64,000 nt of DNA, taken from Eledone cirrhosa. Its lineage: Eukaryota. Below the pieces are notes generated by a model. That model was not told where the DNA came from. It ran no database searches and saw only the letters and a program-made list of their open reading frames with translations. Position numbers and translations under genes: made by a program. The stretch's first letter is position 1; each line of letters starts with the position of its first letter. Positions 46,678-59,780 of the stretch are shown piece by piece. The stretch is from the NCBI GenBank assembly GCA_964016885.1, contig OZ024742.1, positions 66,092,001-66,156,000 on the forward strand, read 5' to 3'.

Positions 46678-49110
46678 TAACAGCGCTGCGATCGAATGTG
46701 GCTTTTTAGCCCAGCCAATGATCTAAAATGTCTTGCACAGAGTTTGGCAACCAAAACATTCACTGGGAATAACCGGCTATGGTTGGAGTTCATGTACTTT
46801 TACATGCCGTTTGAGCCCTCCTGCTGATTTACATTCTCTACCACATGATTGGCAACCATAAGGAGTAGCATCTCCAACAGCAGCCTGGTAATCAACCACT
46901 GGTCTTACTTTATGACTGCGAAAATGACTTTCGAGTCCAGCTTTGCTTAGGCAGACTCTCGCACAGACGCTGCATGTCAGCGCCATAGGAGGACCCTCGC
47001 CGTCTGGAAATGCAACAGTAATACCATTCCTCACATCCCGCTTTACTTTCTCATATGTGATTCGAGATGCCTCAAAGGCAACTTTCCCCTCATATACAGT
47101 CTTTCTCCATTTATTACGATCAGCAGCAACATTTTCCCATGTATCAGCAGAGATGTTAGCCTGTTTCAAAGAGGTTTTCAAGGAATCCTTATACCTCTTT
47201 TTTTTGTTTATGTGGAGGTCGTTTTCCTTTAACTAACTTTCCATAAAAGAGTTGTTTTGGTATTCTAGAATCCTTCATCCTGGCAAGGTGACCACTCCAA
47301 CGGAGTCTCTGCTTAAGCACAAGAGTCTCTATACTGTCACACAGAGAGCTTTCCAAAACCTCGACATCACTGATGTGGTCCCTCCAGTGAACGCCATGGA
47401 TACGTCTGAGACACATCTGATGGAAACGCTCCAATTGCTTAAGGTTATGTCGATATGTGACCCAGATCTCGCAGGCATAAATAAGAGAAGAGAGCACACA
47501 TGCCTTGTACACCTTTACCTTTGTCTTCTTGCATATATCTCGCCGACCCCATGGAGCTGTCTAGCTGAGAAGATCACATCAGTAGTGCTACGTCCAACAC
47601 GAACACCAGATTGACTTTCAAGAAGAACACAATCCGCAATGTGAGTCAGCAGACGGTCCAGAAGCACCCTACATAAAGCATTCCCTACGACAGAAAGCAA
47701 TGATATACCTCTGTAGTTCCCACAATCATTCCTGTTACCCTTTCCCTTGTACAAGACTACCATTACTTCATCTCTGCAGTTCTCAGGTACGGATTCAATA
47801 TCCTGCCAAACAAAGAGTGAAGTTGTTGCAGAAGTTTCTCACCACCATATTGTAGGAGCTCTGCATGTATGCAATCCATACCTGGAGACCTTCCACTGTT
47901 CAGCTTCGAGATAGCTACTGCAACCTCCACAAGCGTCGGAGGCTGTGTGATAGCTACTTTCACAGGATTTTCTGGAATGAGATTGAGGAAATCTTCATTG
48001 ACGACAGACGGCTGATTCAAAGGTTCATGAAAGTGCTCTCGCCACCTTCGTAGAATTCCTTTTGAGCCACGAAGAAGTTATTTGCCATCCTTGCTGCGAA
48101 GCGGTGTCACCAGAGAAGAAGACGGTCCACAGAGACTGTACAACAACTTCATATTGGAATCTGACGCAGCCTGTATCTCATCAGCCTTCTCACTCCACCA
48201 CTGATCCTTCACCTGAGAAAGACTCCGCGTAACACGTGATTTCACATGCTTGAGTACCTTATGCAACATATTCTACTCCTGTTGTTTTGCCGTCAAGTAG
48301 CGTGACAGAGCATGCCTCCTATCAGACAACAAGTCTTCTATGTGTGAATCATTCTCAACCAGTGTTGATGTTTTCTCTGCACCAATCCCAGAACACGCCT
48401 GCCTACATCATAAACCGACTTTTTAAGGGTCGGCCAATCGTCACCAAGATCTGCAACCTGCATCTCTCCTTGCAATGTCCTCTTCACATTTTTATCCCTG
48501 AGATGCCATTCCTTAGATGCAGGATGCATCCATGTAGTGTTATATTTGTTCTTTTGTTGGAACATGGTGTTGGTAACACACATATCCAGCTCCTCACACA
48601 TCTGCAGCAGGAGCATACCATTGTTGTTACACTTTCCCACCCTATGCCATCCGATTACATTCCATGTGTTTAAATCCCTACCCACTCTAGCATTAAAGTC
48701 ACCAAGCATGATGACTTTGTCTGCCTGAGGGATATTTCTTAAAACACCTTTCAAGGCATGGTAAAAGGACACTTTTTCTTCATCGACAGAATTCATAGTT
48801 GGAGCATACACACTCACCAGGGTCGCATATCTTCCTTTGTCCAGCGTAATTCTCATGGACATAAGACGCTCACTAATCCCCAGCCTCTCTTCTGGTTCCT
48901 TCATCTCTTCCTTTCCAGAAGAATGTATATTCTCCACAAAATTCTGTAAGATAACCATCTCCAGCTAACCTCGTCTCAGATAAAGCTACGATGTCAAGAT
49001 CGTAACATCGAAGCTCCTTTGCAACAAGAGTGGTCCTTCGTTCAGGACGTTCAAAGGAATCCCTGTCAAGCAGCGTCCGTACGTTCCATCACCCAAGACT
49101 AAGTGCCTTG
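46678..49110 (-). mobile_element. RTE-clade LINE (APE-RT-zinc fingers), decayed, with an internal RT deletion
   Basis: WNVRTL..IVALSETR, VSVYAPT, MLGDFNARVG, KSPG-like RSPGMD, NYRGISLLS, STTDVIFSARQL joined directly to YKACVLSSLIYACE, RLRWSGHLARM, C2H2 fingers. Confidence 0.92.
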
Positions 49111-50049
49111 TTTGGCTCTATTACAGTGACACGATGACGAGCGGGCCCAGGCTGTCATAACCTGCCCTATTGCCAATTATCTCTTTTGTTCCAAAACCCT
49201 TATTGCCAATTATCTCTTTTATATTGTTTTGGAACATCATTGAATTGGGGGGAAAAAAAGTAATAATAATAGTAACATCAATAATAATAATAATAATAAT
49301 AATAATAAGCACCCGGCTTGAGCCCCCAAAAAAATTCGGACCCCAAATATATTGTTATAAGGCTCAAATATTCAAATATTCAACTTTGTATTGTACACTG
49401 TATATCCAAAAAAAAATGGCTATAAATGGAAGAAGAAGAACCCCCCCCCCTCCTCTCCTCTGGCTACACTATATAGGACAGCTAAACTCACCAACACCAG
49501 AAACTAGATACACCACCCACCCCATCATCTGTGTACACTAAACACAACAGCATTTTCACCTCCACCGCCACCGCTCACTACGGCCATCATTACCACCACT
49601 ATCCCATCACCGCCGCCACCACCCCTTGACTCCTTCACTGCTGCTGCCACCGCTACAGCACCATCACTACAGTAATACGGTCGCATCACCGCCACCACTG
49701 CCTCGGTATCGACATCACCACCACCACTGTCTCAGTATCGCCAACGCCGGCTACCACTTCCACATTATAGAATTCCTTACTACTAACAAAGAGGAAGGCA
49801 TCAAAATATATAGATAGACTCAAAAGAAAAAAGAAAAAACAAACAACAAAAGCAGCACAGCAACAACAGTAAAAAACGAGAAAAACAGAGAAAAACAAAA
49901 ACAAAAAAAGAAACCCCAAAAACGTAAAGAAAATAAGAATGAAGAGAGAAGCAGGCGGACGGACAGAGAAGAGGGGGGAAAAAGTAAAACTTAAAAAACA
50001 AAAACTAAGTCAGACATTCGAATACTACATTACAATGAAACTTATGCTT

Positions 50050-53000
50050 ATTCATTTTTGGGGCCCTTTCTGCCCGTGTGTTTGTTTGTTTATGTGTGTC
50101 CGTATACAGCGTGGTGATAATGCCACACAAGGGCCAAGTGGGATGGCGGATCCACAGATGGCTATGTAAACATACATTCGCCAATCCTCGATAAGAGTGT
50201 TTAAATATCGAACATAAACAGTTCGAATAACGGTGAAATGGAGACTAGAACGTCATGTGACAGACTCTCACCCAACAGGTGCCCCCTGGCTCAGCAGCAG
50301 GAACCTGACTGTCAACCAAATACTGCTGATGTTGGAGGAAGAAGAAGAAGGAAAGGGGCCAGAACCAACTGGACGAAAGAATTGAATAGAACTGTTATGC
50401 AATGCTACCTGAAAAGTAACCCCAAGGAGAGGGGCTACAGGAGACGGATGCATAACATCTGGAACGAGATTGGTTTATTTAAATTAGATGAACAAAAATT
50501 GGCCGGGCAGGCTCGGGTAATAAGAACTAATGGGTGGATAAGCGAGCTGGAACTGGAGGAACTGAGCAGAGAGAATGGCTTGGAGATGGCGGGTGTAGTA
50601 TGCCAGACAAGCGAGCCGGCGGGAAATGAAGGTGAGGAGGTCCTGAGAACGGAGGAACCACCCGAAGCAGACAATGATCTGAATACTGAGATAAATAATA
50701 CCTGGAACAGAGAGACGGCCACTGAGGAGATGAATGCTGACGGGCTAGGACGAGATTCGGTTGACATCCTAAATTTAGTGGTAGATGAGTTGAACAATGA
50801 TAGTGGGAGACCTATGAACCTAAGATTTGTAGACAGGAAAAAGTTAAAAGAAACAACAGCTAAGGTAAACAAAGTCATCCCATACCTTGAGGCGAGGAGT
50901 CTTCACCAGTGCAACAATATCCTCAAAGCAACAGCAAATACGGTGAGGAAACTACTTGGTATAAAAGCGAGAGGAAACAACAGACAAGAAAGAGCAGAGC
51001 CGTGGTGGAAGAAGCGACTGAGTGGGCAAATCGGGGAAATGAGAAATGACATAGGAAAGCTTGAGTCACTACTGAATGGGACACTAAAAAACATAGGCAC
51101 TAAAAATAGACTGGAAATAAAATACAAAACTAGGAGTAAAAAGCTAAATATTATCATAGAGGAATTGAAGCAACGCATTGTAGCAAAGAGTGCCAAAATC
51201 AGGCGATACGAGAACAGAGTCAGTCAGTATAAACAGAACCGCATGTTCGACAACAACCAGAAGATGCTGTTTGGACAGCTTGAGGGGAAAGAAAGAGGCA
51301 ACGACTTGATCCCTGGGGCGGAACAAGCTAAAACATTCTGGAGAGGAATATGGGAGCAGGATGTTAGACACAATGCCCAGGCAGGGTGGATTGAGACAGT
51401 ACAGAGGGAGATCGGTGAGCAGGCACAGCAACAGACTGATTTGGGTATCACAGTTGAAACTCTTAAGGGGCAAGCCAAAAAACTAACCAACTGGAAATCA
51501 CCAGGCCCAGATGGTGTGCAGGGGTATTGGATTAAACATTTAACATCCCTCCACCCGAAGCTGACGGCCATGTTCAATGACTGCTTGGTGTCGGGTGAGG
51601 TGCCAGAGTGGTTGACAAAAGGTACCACAGTTCTGATAATGAAAGACCGAATCAAGGGTAATGATGTTACCAACTATAGACCTATCACATGTCTGCCCGT
51701 AATGTGGAAACTGTTGACGAGCATTGTGTCTGAGGAAATCTGCCATCACCTCCACACAAACAACTTGTTGCCGGACGAACAGAAAGGATGCCGAAAGAAG
51801 TCACGTGGTACAAAGGACCAGTTGCTTATTGATAAGATGGTAATGGGGAATTGCAGGAGGAGACACACTGATCTTGCCATGGGATGGATAGACTACAGAA
51901 AGGCATTTGACATGGTGCCTCATTCCTGGATCACCAAAAGCCTGGAGATCTTCAGGGTGGCGGATAACATCAGACAGTTGCTGGGCAGGAGTATGGGGTC
52001 CTGGGAGACAGAGTTGACATCAACTGGAGTATCCTTGGGAAGCGTGAAGATCAAGAGAGGTATCTTCCAGGGAGATAGCCTGTCCTCTCTGTTGTTTGTC
52101 CTTGCCCTGATGCCCTTGACCATTATGCTGCGAAAAGTGAGAGCAGGATACAAGTTGGGAAGGGGAGAGCTTACCATCAATCACCTCCTCTTCATGGACG
52201 ATCTTAAGCTCTTCGGGAAAAGTGAGAAGGAGTTGGATGTGCTTGTTGACACTGTCCGTATTTTCAGCAGTGATATATGTATGCAGTTTGGTATTGGTAA
52301 ATGTGGAGTCATCGTGATGAGGAGGGGTAGGTTGAGCAGAAGTAACGGGGTCCAGATACCAACAGGTGAGATGATAAAGGAAATTGACTCTGAGGAAGGA
52401 TACAAGTATTTGGGCGTTCTGGAGGCTGATGGCATAAAGAACAAAAAAATGAAGGAATTGTTAAGAACTGAATACATTCGGAGAGTAAGGAGCGTATTGA
52501 AGTCACATCTGAACAGCAGAAATGCCATAAGCGCAGTAAATTCCCGAGCTGTGTCTATTATTAGGTAAAGTGCGGGAATTCTGAGATGGAATGTTGCTGA
52601 ACAAAAAGAAATGGATAGGAAGACTAGGAAGCTATTGACTATCGACAACATGTTCCACAAGAGGAGTGATGTCGATAGACTCTACCTAAGGAGATCTGAG
52701 GGTGGAAGAGGTCTTATCAGCATAGAGGACTGTGTTCAGATGGAGAAAAACAACCTATACAAATACGTGACCTATAGTAAGGAGCCAATGCTCAGAGCTG
52801 TACTGAAGGAGGGGACAGTAGGCCAGGGGATACCCAAGGAGGAAATAACATCAAGGAGGAAGAGCAGCCTTAAGGGAAAATCCCTTCATAGTACCTTCTT
52901 TGAGAAAACTGAATTTAGAGATCCACAGACATGGAACTGGTTGAGAAGAGGAGACCTCAAAAAGGCTACAGAAGGAATGCTAATGGCTGCGCAGGAGCAG

Positions 53001-53705
53001 GCCCTCAAAACGAAGTGGTTGAAGCACCATATCTACAAGGAGGAGGCTAGCCCACTGTGCAGGATCTGTGGAGAGAGAGAGGAGACTGTGGCTCACATTG
53101 TGTCCGAGTGTAAACACCTAGCCCAGACCCACTATAAGGGCTGGAGACACGATGTGATGGGCAGGGTGATCCACTGGCACCTGTGCAAAGTAAACAATCT
53201 ACCACATTCTGAGAAATGGTATGAGCATAGGCCAGAGGCGGTGATGGAGAACAGTCAGGTGAAGGTGCTGTGGGATTTTAGGATACAGACGGACAAAAAA
53301 CTGGAACACAATAGACCTGACCTGGTGGTTGTGGACAAAGAAAAAAGATCGTGCCTGATTGTGGATGTGGCCTGCCCGTTCGACACGAGAGTGCAAGAGA
53401 AGGAGAGGGAGAAAATTAACCGATACCAGGACCTAAAGTGGGAGGTGAAAAGGATTTGGAACTGCCATGAAGTCAAAGTGATCCCGATTGTCATAGGCGC
53501 ACTGGGGACTATCTCCAAAGGTTTCCAGGGATGGTTAAAGAAAATCGGCCCCTCCACGCTTTTTGGAACGCTTCAAAAGGCATGCTTGCTTGGAACGGCA
53601 AGAACCCTCCGATACGTCCTGAATATCTGAGGCTGCATGTAGTGGCTTGATATTCAATCCAACGGACTTTCCAGTTAACCAACATCAATGACTGAGATTC
53701 AAGGA
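50050..53705 (+). mobile_element. Near full-length R4/Dong-clade RLE non-LTR retrotransposon
   Basis: Single long frame plus a short 3' UTR ending at (TAA)n; 5' boundary approximate. Confidence 0.93.
50238..53630 (+). pseudogene. RT + CCHC + PD-D..K endonuclease ORF (~1130 codons) with one in-frame stop
   Basis: ORFs 50238-52568 and 52611-53630 share a frame; TAA at 52566-52568 sits where Tyr is expected (IIR*SAGIL); LFMDD, CRIC..H..SEC, RHD, RPD..DVACP, EKINRY. Confidence 0.92.
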
Positions 53706-53716
53706 ATAACAATAAC

Positions 53717-53756
<40 letters not shown>

Positions 53757-53764
<8 letters not shown>

Positions 53765-54490
53765 TGGATGCAGCCCATTATGCCGTGTATGCAAAAAACA
53801 ACCAGAGACCATTGACCATATAATTTCAATGTGCAGTCCTATAGCTCCAACCGAATACCTAAACAGGCATGACAGAGCTGCACAATACATACATTGGATA
53901 ATGTGTAAGCATTTTGACCTGCCCCATCAAAAGAATTGGTGGGAGCATCAACCACCTCCCATACTTGGAAAAGATCACATCTCAATCTTGTGGAACTTTA
54001 GCATCCAAACAGACCGAAAAATAGATGCAAATAGACCTGATATAATATTGAAGGACTTTCAAAAGAGGGTATGCCTGCTAATTGATATGTCTGTTCCAAT
54101 AGACAAGAATGTATCTATAAAAACATTTGAAAAATTGAGCAAGCATAAGGACCTGGAGATAGAAATTGGAAAAATGTGGAAATTGAGAACTAAAACAATA
54201 CCAGTGGTTGTAGGCGCTCTGGGAATGATACCTAAGGGGTCTAATGATTACTTATCGCAAATCCCAGGAAACCCGCGTATAGGTGAAATACAAAAGATAG
54301 TACTAATGGAAACTGTCCATATACTAAGGAAGATTCTGTCAATATAAATACATCACAAGTCTAAACACTAAAGATGCATGTGTGAGTATGTATGTTCTTT
54401 CTTGAACATGGCGGACCTTGTTGTCTCTTGAGGTCACTGGTTGTGACTTGGTGATAACTCGTATGAACATAAAGCAAGATAAATGCAACT
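53757..54490 (+). mobile_element. 5'-truncated copy of the 43044-46566 R4 family (RLE domain and 3' UTR)
   Basis: Highly similar to 45835-46566; intact frame KNGCSPLCRVC...LRKILSI; flanked by TAA repeats. Confidence 0.93.
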
Positions 54491-54832
54491 GTAATAATAA
54501 TAATACACTATTAATAATTATTAATTAATGCAATCGTGCAATGCCTGTGCGTGAAGAATATTTTTAAAGTGACGAAAGGCTGTGCACTGAGCCAATCCCA
54601 CTCTCTGAGCGACAGTAGCTATAATCCGAAAAGAAGAAAAGATCAACATCATCGGTAACTACTGAGCCGTAGGTTTTATATCGGAGTTAGCCAAGTTTCC
54701 TGAGTTGCCTTCTCCTAGAAGAATGCCCTGACAGAGGCTAAGGGTCCTTCAAGCCCAGTGGTTTAACCGCGCTATCGGGTATCCAGCCTGATCATTTCTA
54801 TATCCCTGCACTTATACACATATATGCACATA

Positions 54833-54892
<60 letters not shown>

Positions 54893-54894
<2 letters not shown>

Positions 54895-55280
54895 AAGATA
54901 TTAATAAGTGGAAACTATATTTATAAAACCATATTTATTCTATTATATATATTTCAAGAGCGACCAAGCCAACTTGGTGCGCTTTCATCAGATAAAATAC
55001 AAAATTTGTTTTATAAATAACGACATACCCATGGAAATCAACCTTATCGGTCGGAAGTTCGATGGATATTTATAAAACAAATTTTGTATTTTATCTGATG
55101 AAAGCCCACTAAGTTGGCTCGGTCGCCCTTGAAATATATATAATAAAATAAATATGGTTTTATAAATATATTTTCCATTTATTAATATCTTTGAATAGTT
55201 ACTCCAGTTACTGTTGAGTGCTCTATATCAGTTATAAACATTTATCTTTGTCGGAATTCCAACAAATTAAATATAACTTC

Positions 55281-55285
<5 letters not shown>
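54893..55285. mobile_element. Fold-back hammerhead mini-element, family C
   Basis: Arms ~54895-55015 / 55068-55192 with a hammerhead in each; long tail to 55285; in (TA)n. Confidence 0.85.
55087..55150 (+). ncRNA. Minimal type-I hammerhead ribozyme
   Basis: TATTTTAT-CTGATGA-stem II-GAAA-TATATATA-ATAAAATA; predicted cleavage after 55142. Confidence 0.8.
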
Positions 55286-55307
<22 letters not shown>

Positions 55308-55316
<9 letters not shown>

Positions 55317-55692
55317 ATTATAAAGCTAAGCGTCGTGTGTATGTATTATGTATGTATTCTACACACCTCCCTATAGCTTTACACTCTCCGTCGCTTCCCC
55401 CTCTGTATAATTTAGCTGTTTTACTCTCTCTGTCGCTCTTCACTCTCTATATGACAACACTGTTTTAGTTTCCGTATCTCCCTTCAATCATCTGTCGTCG
55501 CTCTTATAAGTAACACACACACACAACCCCCCCCCCCCCCCCCCCCCCACACACAAATACGCATACTTTCACACCTGATTTCGCCAATTGCCGGATAACA
55601 TCAAAACAAAACACACAGACACACACATGCACACATACACAAACACATAGACACACATATCTATACTTATAAATATGACGGTCGTATATATA

Positions 55693-55723
<31 letters not shown>

Positions 55724-55982
55724 TGTATGTATGTATGTATGTGAAGCTTTTATAGTGAGCAAAGGCACTGCACAAAGCCAGGGTAGGGGTTCTCCTACAT
55801 GGATATAAAGTAGTGGCCGTACTCGAAAACGAGGTGGCAGCCACCATGTATGTATGTATGTATGTATGTATGTATGTCTCTATAATTTAACAGCTTTACT
55901 CTCTCTGTCGCTCTTACTCTCTATATGACAACACTGTTTTAGTTTCCGTATCTACCTTCAATATACACACACACACACACAC

Positions 55983-56039
<57 letters not shown>

Positions 56040-56290
56040 AATAGAGAGATTTAGAGAATGATTAGGAAAACTACACACACATCTACTAAGAGAGACAGAA
56101 AAACAGAGGGAGGGGGAAAAGAGAGAGAATAGGCCGTTAGACAGAGAGAGATACAATTAAAGTGTTAGTTATTCAGAGAGAGAGAGAGTAGGAAGGACAA
56201 TGTGACACGGGACGGAGTGTCGTAGCTTTGCAGTGGAGTGGTAGGGAGAGCTATACCTAGCCGAGCGCCAGTCGGACGGGGCAGCTAATA
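55308..56290 (+). mobile_element. Probable non-autonomous Helitron with internal microsatellites
   Basis: 5' TATACAATATTATAAAGCT and internal TCTATACTTATAAAT resemble Helitron 5' ends; 3' GC-rich hairpin CCGAGCGCCAGTCGG followed by CAGCTAA (CTAG-like). Confidence 0.5.
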
Positions 56291-56524
56291 TATATGAAAA
56301 AAGGGAGAAAATGTCGATTATTAGGAAGAAAAATATATTTGTTTCCTTTTACTTCTTCTCTTTTTTCTGAGTTAGAAAATGTTTAAAACAATATATTTTA
56401 CTTTGTGTGAAGTGTTAAGGTATTAGTTAATTTATTTATTAATTAACAATGGCATTTATTCATTTATTTATACATATGTACAGGAAGAACTCATAAGAGT
56501 GAACGGCCATCCAAAATGTGTACA

Positions 56525-57155
56525 TGCATACATAGATACATAGTGGCTGGCAACTCGTGTTTGAGTACGGCCACTACTTTATATCCATGTAGGAGAACCC
56601 CTACCGATGCGCTGAACGAGTGTGACTTTTTAGTCCAGCCAGCGACTTGAAAACTCTGGTACAAACACTACACTTGTGACAATTATTGACACATAGTGCT
56701 GGGCCCATGGTACCATGTGACGACAAGTGCAGAGAGACCTCCATATATAAAGCAATGCATGTGCTGTGAAGCTTTTATAGTGAGTAAAGGCACTGCACAA
56801 AGCCAGTCCTACTCTCTTAACCAAGATGATATTTACCAAAAAGAAGAACAAGCCAACATCATTGGATACCATCAGAGTTGCAGGTGTTATATCAGAGTTT
56901 TCCTTCTCCTAGAATTCTGCCTTGACGAAGGCTAAGGGGTCATCTCTCCCGGTGATTTTGGATGGCCATTGACTCTTAAGAGCTCCTTTTCCCTTTGACA
57001 GTTTTTCTTTTAGGATGTCCAAAGTCACCCTCCTCACCAAGAAACTTTGGTGGGGTTGCCAGTTTAGTCGCCAAGGAGCCGACCGTGTGACAGGTTGTAC
57101 TGGGATACATGTTACCAGTAGCACCAACTGGTGACCTGACATACAATCATACATA
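56525..57155 (-). mobile_element. RTE-derived non-autonomous element with (TATG)n tail
   Basis: Minus-strand CTAGGAGAAGGAAAACTCTGATATAAC resembles RTE 5' UTRs; CATA repeats at both ends; no coding frame. Confidence 0.55.
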
Positions 57156-57322
57156 CATGTGAATAAATACATTGTAATAAAAAACCTGGAATAAAATCAC
57201 GGTAAACAAAACGACTGTGTTACAAAGATCAAACGCGCGGTCGTTAAACATATACGTCAAGCATAACCAACGCGGAAAATAGAAGGCGAGACGAAAGACA
57301 AAATACCACATGGCTGTCGACA

Positions 57323-57522
57323 NNNNNNNNNNNNNNNNNNNNNNNNNNNNNNNNNNNNNNNNNNNNNNNNNNNNNNNNNNNNNNNNNNNNNNNNNNNNNN
57401 NNNNNNNNNNNNNNNNNNNNNNNNNNNNNNNNNNNNNNNNNNNNNNNNNNNNNNNNNNNNNNNNNNNNNNNNNNNNNNNNNNNNNNNNNNNNNNNNNNNN
57501 NNNNNNNNNNNNNNNNNNNNNN
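57323..57522. other. Assembly gap (200 N)
   Basis: Direct reading. Confidence 1.
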
Positions 57523-57699
57523 GCCCACTAAGTTGGCTCGGTCGCCCTTGAAATATATATAATAAAATAAATATGGTTTTATAAATATATTTTCCATTTA
57601 TTAATATCTTTGAATAGTTACTCCAGTAACTGTTGAGTGCTCTATATCAGTTATAAACATTTATCTTTGTCGGAATTCCAACAAATTAAATATAACTTC

Positions 57700-57735
<36 letters not shown>

Positions 57736-58124
57736 ATTATAAAGCTAAGCGTCGTGTGTATGTATTATGTATGTATTCTACACACCTCCCTATAGCTTTA
57801 CACTCTCCGTCGCTTCCCCTCTGTATAATTTAACTGTTTTACTCTCTCTGTCGCTCTTCACTCTCTATATGACAACACTGTTTTAGTTTCCGTATCTCCC
57901 TTCAATCATCTGTCGTCGCTCTTATAAGTAACACACACACACAAACACACACACAACCCCCCCCCCCCCCACACACACACGCACACACACAAATACGCAT
58001 ACTTTCACACCTGATTTCGCCAATTGCCGGATAACATCAAAACAAAACACACAGACACACACATGCACACATACACAAACACATAGACACACATATCTAT
58101 ACTTATAAATATGACGGTCGTATA

Positions 58125-58160
<36 letters not shown>

Positions 58161-58435
58161 TGTATGTATGTATGTATGTATGTATGTATGTATGTGAAGC
58201 TTTTATAGTGAGCAAAGGCACTGCACAAAGCCAGGGTAGGGGTTCTCCTACATGGATATAAAGTAGTGGCCGTACTCGAAAACGAGTTGGCAGCCACCAT
58301 GTATGTATGTATGTATGTATGTATGTATGTCTCTATAATTTAACAGCTTTACTCTCTCTGTCGCTCTTACTCTCTATATGACAACACTGTTTTAGTTTCC
58401 GTATCTACCTTCAATATACACACACACACACACAC

Positions 58436-58490
<55 letters not shown>

Positions 58491-59780
58491 AATAGAGAGA
58501 TTTAGAGAATGATTAGGAAAACTACACACACATCTACTAAGAGAGACAGAAAAACAGAGGAGGGGAAAAGAGAGAGATAGGCCGTTAGACAGAGAGAGAT
58601 ACAATTAAAGTGTTAGTTATTCAGAGAGAGAGAGAGTAGGAAGGACAATGTGACACGGGACGGAGTGTCGTAGCTTTGCAGTGGAGTGGTAGGGAGAGCT
58701 ATACCTAGCCGAGCGCCAGTCGGACGGGGCAGCTAATATATATGAAAAAAGGGAGAAAATGTCGATTATTAGGAAGAAAATATATTTGTTTCCTTTTACT
58801 TCTTCTCTTTTTTCTGAGTTAGAAAATGTTTAAAACAATATATTTTACTTTGTGTGAAGTGTTAAGGTATTAGTTAATTTATTTATTAATTAACAATGGC
58901 ATTTATTCATTTATTTATACATATGTACAGGAAGAACTCATAGGAGTGAACGGCCATCCAAAATGTGTACATGCATACATAGATACATGCATACATAGAT
59001 ACATAGTGGCTGGCAACTCGTGTTTGAGTACGGCCACTACTTTATATCCATGTAGGAACCCCTACCGATGCGCTGAACGAGTGTGACTTTTTAGTCCAGC
59101 CAGCGACTTGAAACTCTGGTACAAACACTACACTTGTGACAATATTGACACATAGTGCTGGCCCATGGTACCATGTGACGACAAGTGCAGAGAGACCTCC
59201 ATATATAAAGCAATGCATGTGCTGTGAAGCTTTTATAGTGAGTAAAGGCACTGCACAAAGCCAGTCCTACTCTCTTAACCAAGATGATATTTACCAAAAG
59301 AAGAACAAGCCAACATCATTGGATACCATCAGAGTTGCAGGTGTTATATCAGAGTTTTCCTTCTCCTAGAATTCTGCCTTGACGAAGGCTAAGGGGTCAT
59401 CTCTCCCGGTGATTTTGGATGGCCATTGACTCTTAAGAGCTCCTTTTCCCTTTGACAGGTTTTTCTTTTAGGATGTCCAAAGTCACCCTCCTCACCAAGA
59501 AACTTTGGTGGGGTTGCCAGTTTAGTCGCCAAGGAGCCGACCGTGTGACAGGTTGTACTGGGATACATGTTACCAGTAGCACCAACTGGTGACCTGACAT
59601 ACAATCATACATACATGTGAATAAATACATTGTAATAAAAAACCTGGAATAAAATCACGGTAAACAAAACGACTGTGTTACAAAGATCAAACGCGCGGTC
59701 GTTAAACATATACGTCAAGCATAACCAACGCGGAAAATAGAAGGCGAGACGAAAGACAAAATACCACATGGCTGTCGACA
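57523..59780. repeat. Near-identical copy of 55104-57322, probably a contig-overlap artefact
   Basis: Both copies abut the gap exactly; differences are mostly homopolymer or microsatellite length. Confidence 0.9.

Noticed and set aside
52566-52568. Programmed stop readthrough or two-ORF organisation
   Set aside because: The homologous position is Tyr in the sister element (VVTYS); a point mutation or consensus error is simpler
50435-52660. Antisense ORFs within the R4 element
   Set aside because: Shadows of the sense ORF; no motifs
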